Positions 62,230 to 64,000 of a DNA stretch of 64,000 bases are shown piece after piece; the first letter of the stretch is position 1, and the number at the start of each line of letters is the position of its first letter. The DNA is taken from contig NC_058131.1 of the NCBI RefSeq assembly GCF_016433145.1, positions 66,649,350 to 66,713,349 of the forward strand, in the 5' to 3' direction. This DNA is from Gracilinanus agilis (taxonomy: Eukaryota). Both the position numbers and the translations under genes were made by a program. Under the pieces are notes generated by a model that saw nothing but the letters and a program-made list of their open reading frames with translations, was not told the DNA's origin and made no database searches.

Positions 62230-62860
62230 CAAGATGGGTAATAGAAACGAGCCTTATGAATCATTCTGCACTGGGTCCTCTGCCATTAACGGAGCCAGAC
62301 CCTCACGTTTCCCAGATGTCCTCTGGAGAGGGAGACTTACTAATGGCAGGAGCCAATTTCTCTGTGAGGGACACGTATTACAATCTTGGCCGTCTTGAGA
62401 AGCTCTAAATCTTCCCAGATGACAGGCTACAGCTCTCTCAGTGAGTGGCTTGCATGGTCGCCTATCGGGACTAAAAAGACCTTGAGCATCTATAAAACCA
62501 CGCTCTCTGATGGAGGCTGAAACGCATTTTCTATTCCTAAACAAACTTTAATATTTTTCATCTGGAGTTATTTCTATACTGTCAGCAAAAAAAAAAAAAA
62601 AAGTAAGAAAGAGAAAAAAAAAGTCTTTGCATGTGGTTGTGTATTTATGAGTGAGTTCTCCCTCTAAACAGATTTGTAACTAAAAACAGAAATATCTTTT
62701 TATGGGAGACAGCTGGTTGTGAGATTAAAGATACACACTGAGGGAGGGGAGTTCAAATTAACCAACATTCCTCGACATGGAATGAATTCCTGGGAACGTT
62801 TGGAGGCTTTTAGCTTACAACCTAAAAAAAATATCTAATCTCCTCCACTAGTTTCCCTCT
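62230..62860. promoter_or_regulatory. candidate promoter/enhancer with first-exon features (strand unresolved)
   Basis: Repeat-free; 9 CpGs in 62248-62524 in a CpG-poor window; + TATAAAA 62491-62497; - CATAAA 62644-62649; MEF2-like ctaaaaacag 62680-62689; E-box cagctg 62710-62715; MCAT cattcc/ggaatg about 62766-62784; - donor GTAAGT 62335-62340; + donors 62603 and 62651. Confidence 0.45.
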
Positions 62861-63454
62861 ATAGGTTTCAGTTGGTTATTTGGCAGTAAAAACCTTCGAA
62901 AACTCAGCATGGGGCCATAACTCTTCTACATCTCAAGAAATCAGAGATAACCCATAAATACTTGTGTGCCCATGAACATTTCTAATGATGCAATTCCATT
63001 TAGGGGGCTCCAAAAAACATGAACCAAGCAAATAAGACCAGTTCTAAAGTCTCTAGACTCCCTTTCTGGGTTGAGAAAATGTGGAAGTAACATTTTAGAA
63101 TCAATATCTAAATATTTAGGGCCTGACATTCTTCTTCAGCTGTTAGAATATAGTAGATGAAGGTGAGCTTTTACAGAATTTTTCAGCTAGTTGGGACTTT
63201 AGATTATGGACTATTAGAACAAAATATTTCAGGTAATAGAATTTAGAATAGTCTTAGAATAGGTTAGAACACATAATGGTAAAGATGAGATTTAATGAAA
63301 AAGTTAGGGGATATTTATAGATGATTTTGTGCAATTCATTCTTTTTTTTCTTTGTTAAGCCCAAGAAGGAAACAAATTGTCCAAACTATGCTAGAATTAA
63401 TTTAAAAATATATTTGAATTGATCAATTTTAATTGGTTCAATTTAATTCAATTC

Positions 63455-63580
63455 AATTAGTGAGTAAATCAATATTTGTTAAATGTCTATATTCTGCCAG
63501 ACTCTGTACTAAGGCTAGGTGAGTCTACAAAAAAAAAGGCGAAAGACTGTTTCTGCACTCAAGGAGCTCACAGGCTAAAA
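63455..63580 (-). mobile_element. L2 3' tail
   Basis: aaatcaatatttgttaaatgtctatattctgccagactctgtactaagg...ctgcactcaaggagctcaca. Confidence 0.6.
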
Positions 63581-63811
63581 ACGGAAAACAACATGCCAAA
63601 GAAATCTGAAAAGAAAGGAAAAGGAGAAAGAATGAGGTGAGTGGCATACTGGAGAAATCTAGAAACATGTAGCCAACTGGGAAATGAAGTGTTTTCAGCT
63701 TAACAAGAATATATTATATATCTTTTAAGTACAAGGTCCCATGCTTGTTGATGGTAATAAAAAGATAAAGACAAAAAAATCCTGACCTCAAGAAGGAGCA
63801 CATTTTGCTAG

Positions 63812-64000
63812 CAAAGGAGATTTTAACCTGCTTTGTGTCATGGATTCTTTTGACTCTGTGGGGAAGGAAGCCAATAGAGCCTTTCCCAAAAGCATGTATA
63901 GGGTAGAAAATAAGATATATAGGATTATAGGGAAATAATTTATATTACAGTTAGCCCGGGAGGAATGAAAACAATAAATCCAGTAAAGTAGTTGCATATA
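63812..64000. mobile_element. hAT-Charlie (Charlie4-like) relic
   Basis: ttttaacctgctttgtgtcatggattctttt...aaataagatatataggattataggg; reverse counterpart of 9945-10160. Confidence 0.55.

Noticed and set aside
62254-62544. 96-aa minus-strand ORF
   Set aside because: Non-ATG start and no recognisable homology; better explained as promoter/UTR sequence.

Overview
AT-rich, CpG-depleted mammalian non-coding DNA, almost certainly marsupial and probably a didelphid opossum. The inference rests on SINE1_Mdo-type SINEs, Mar1 SINEs, WallSI/RTE-type SINEs, marsupial L1 3' UTRs and abundant MIR/L2/L3(CR1) relics. Repeat family names come from recalled consensus sequences, not a database search. Old-repeat boundaries are approximate (tens of bp), except where a target-site duplication (TSD) or terminal inverted repeat (TIR) fixes them. 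I find no recognisable cellular protein-coding gene, RNA gene or CRISPR array; the only ORFs with recognisable homology are decayed L1 ORF1/ORF2 and CR1/L3 reverse transcriptase. The window reads as a large intron or intergenic interval with three short assembly gaps. The most interesting non-repeat signal is a CpG-enriched element at about 62.23-62.86 kb with a MEF2/E-box/MCAT cluster, TATA-like boxes and splice donors on both strands, a candidate tissue-specific promoter/first exon. Several repeat-free islands hold minus-strand exon-like segments. Nested insertions are cleanly resolved: a 190-bp hAT MITE with an 8-bp TSD, an 839-bp solo LTR with a 4-bp TSD splitting a Mar1, and a young L1 with a 14-15-bp TSD. 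There is also an ORF2-less, head-to-head L1 composite. I did not find convincing evidence of a new biological system; the findings are leads.
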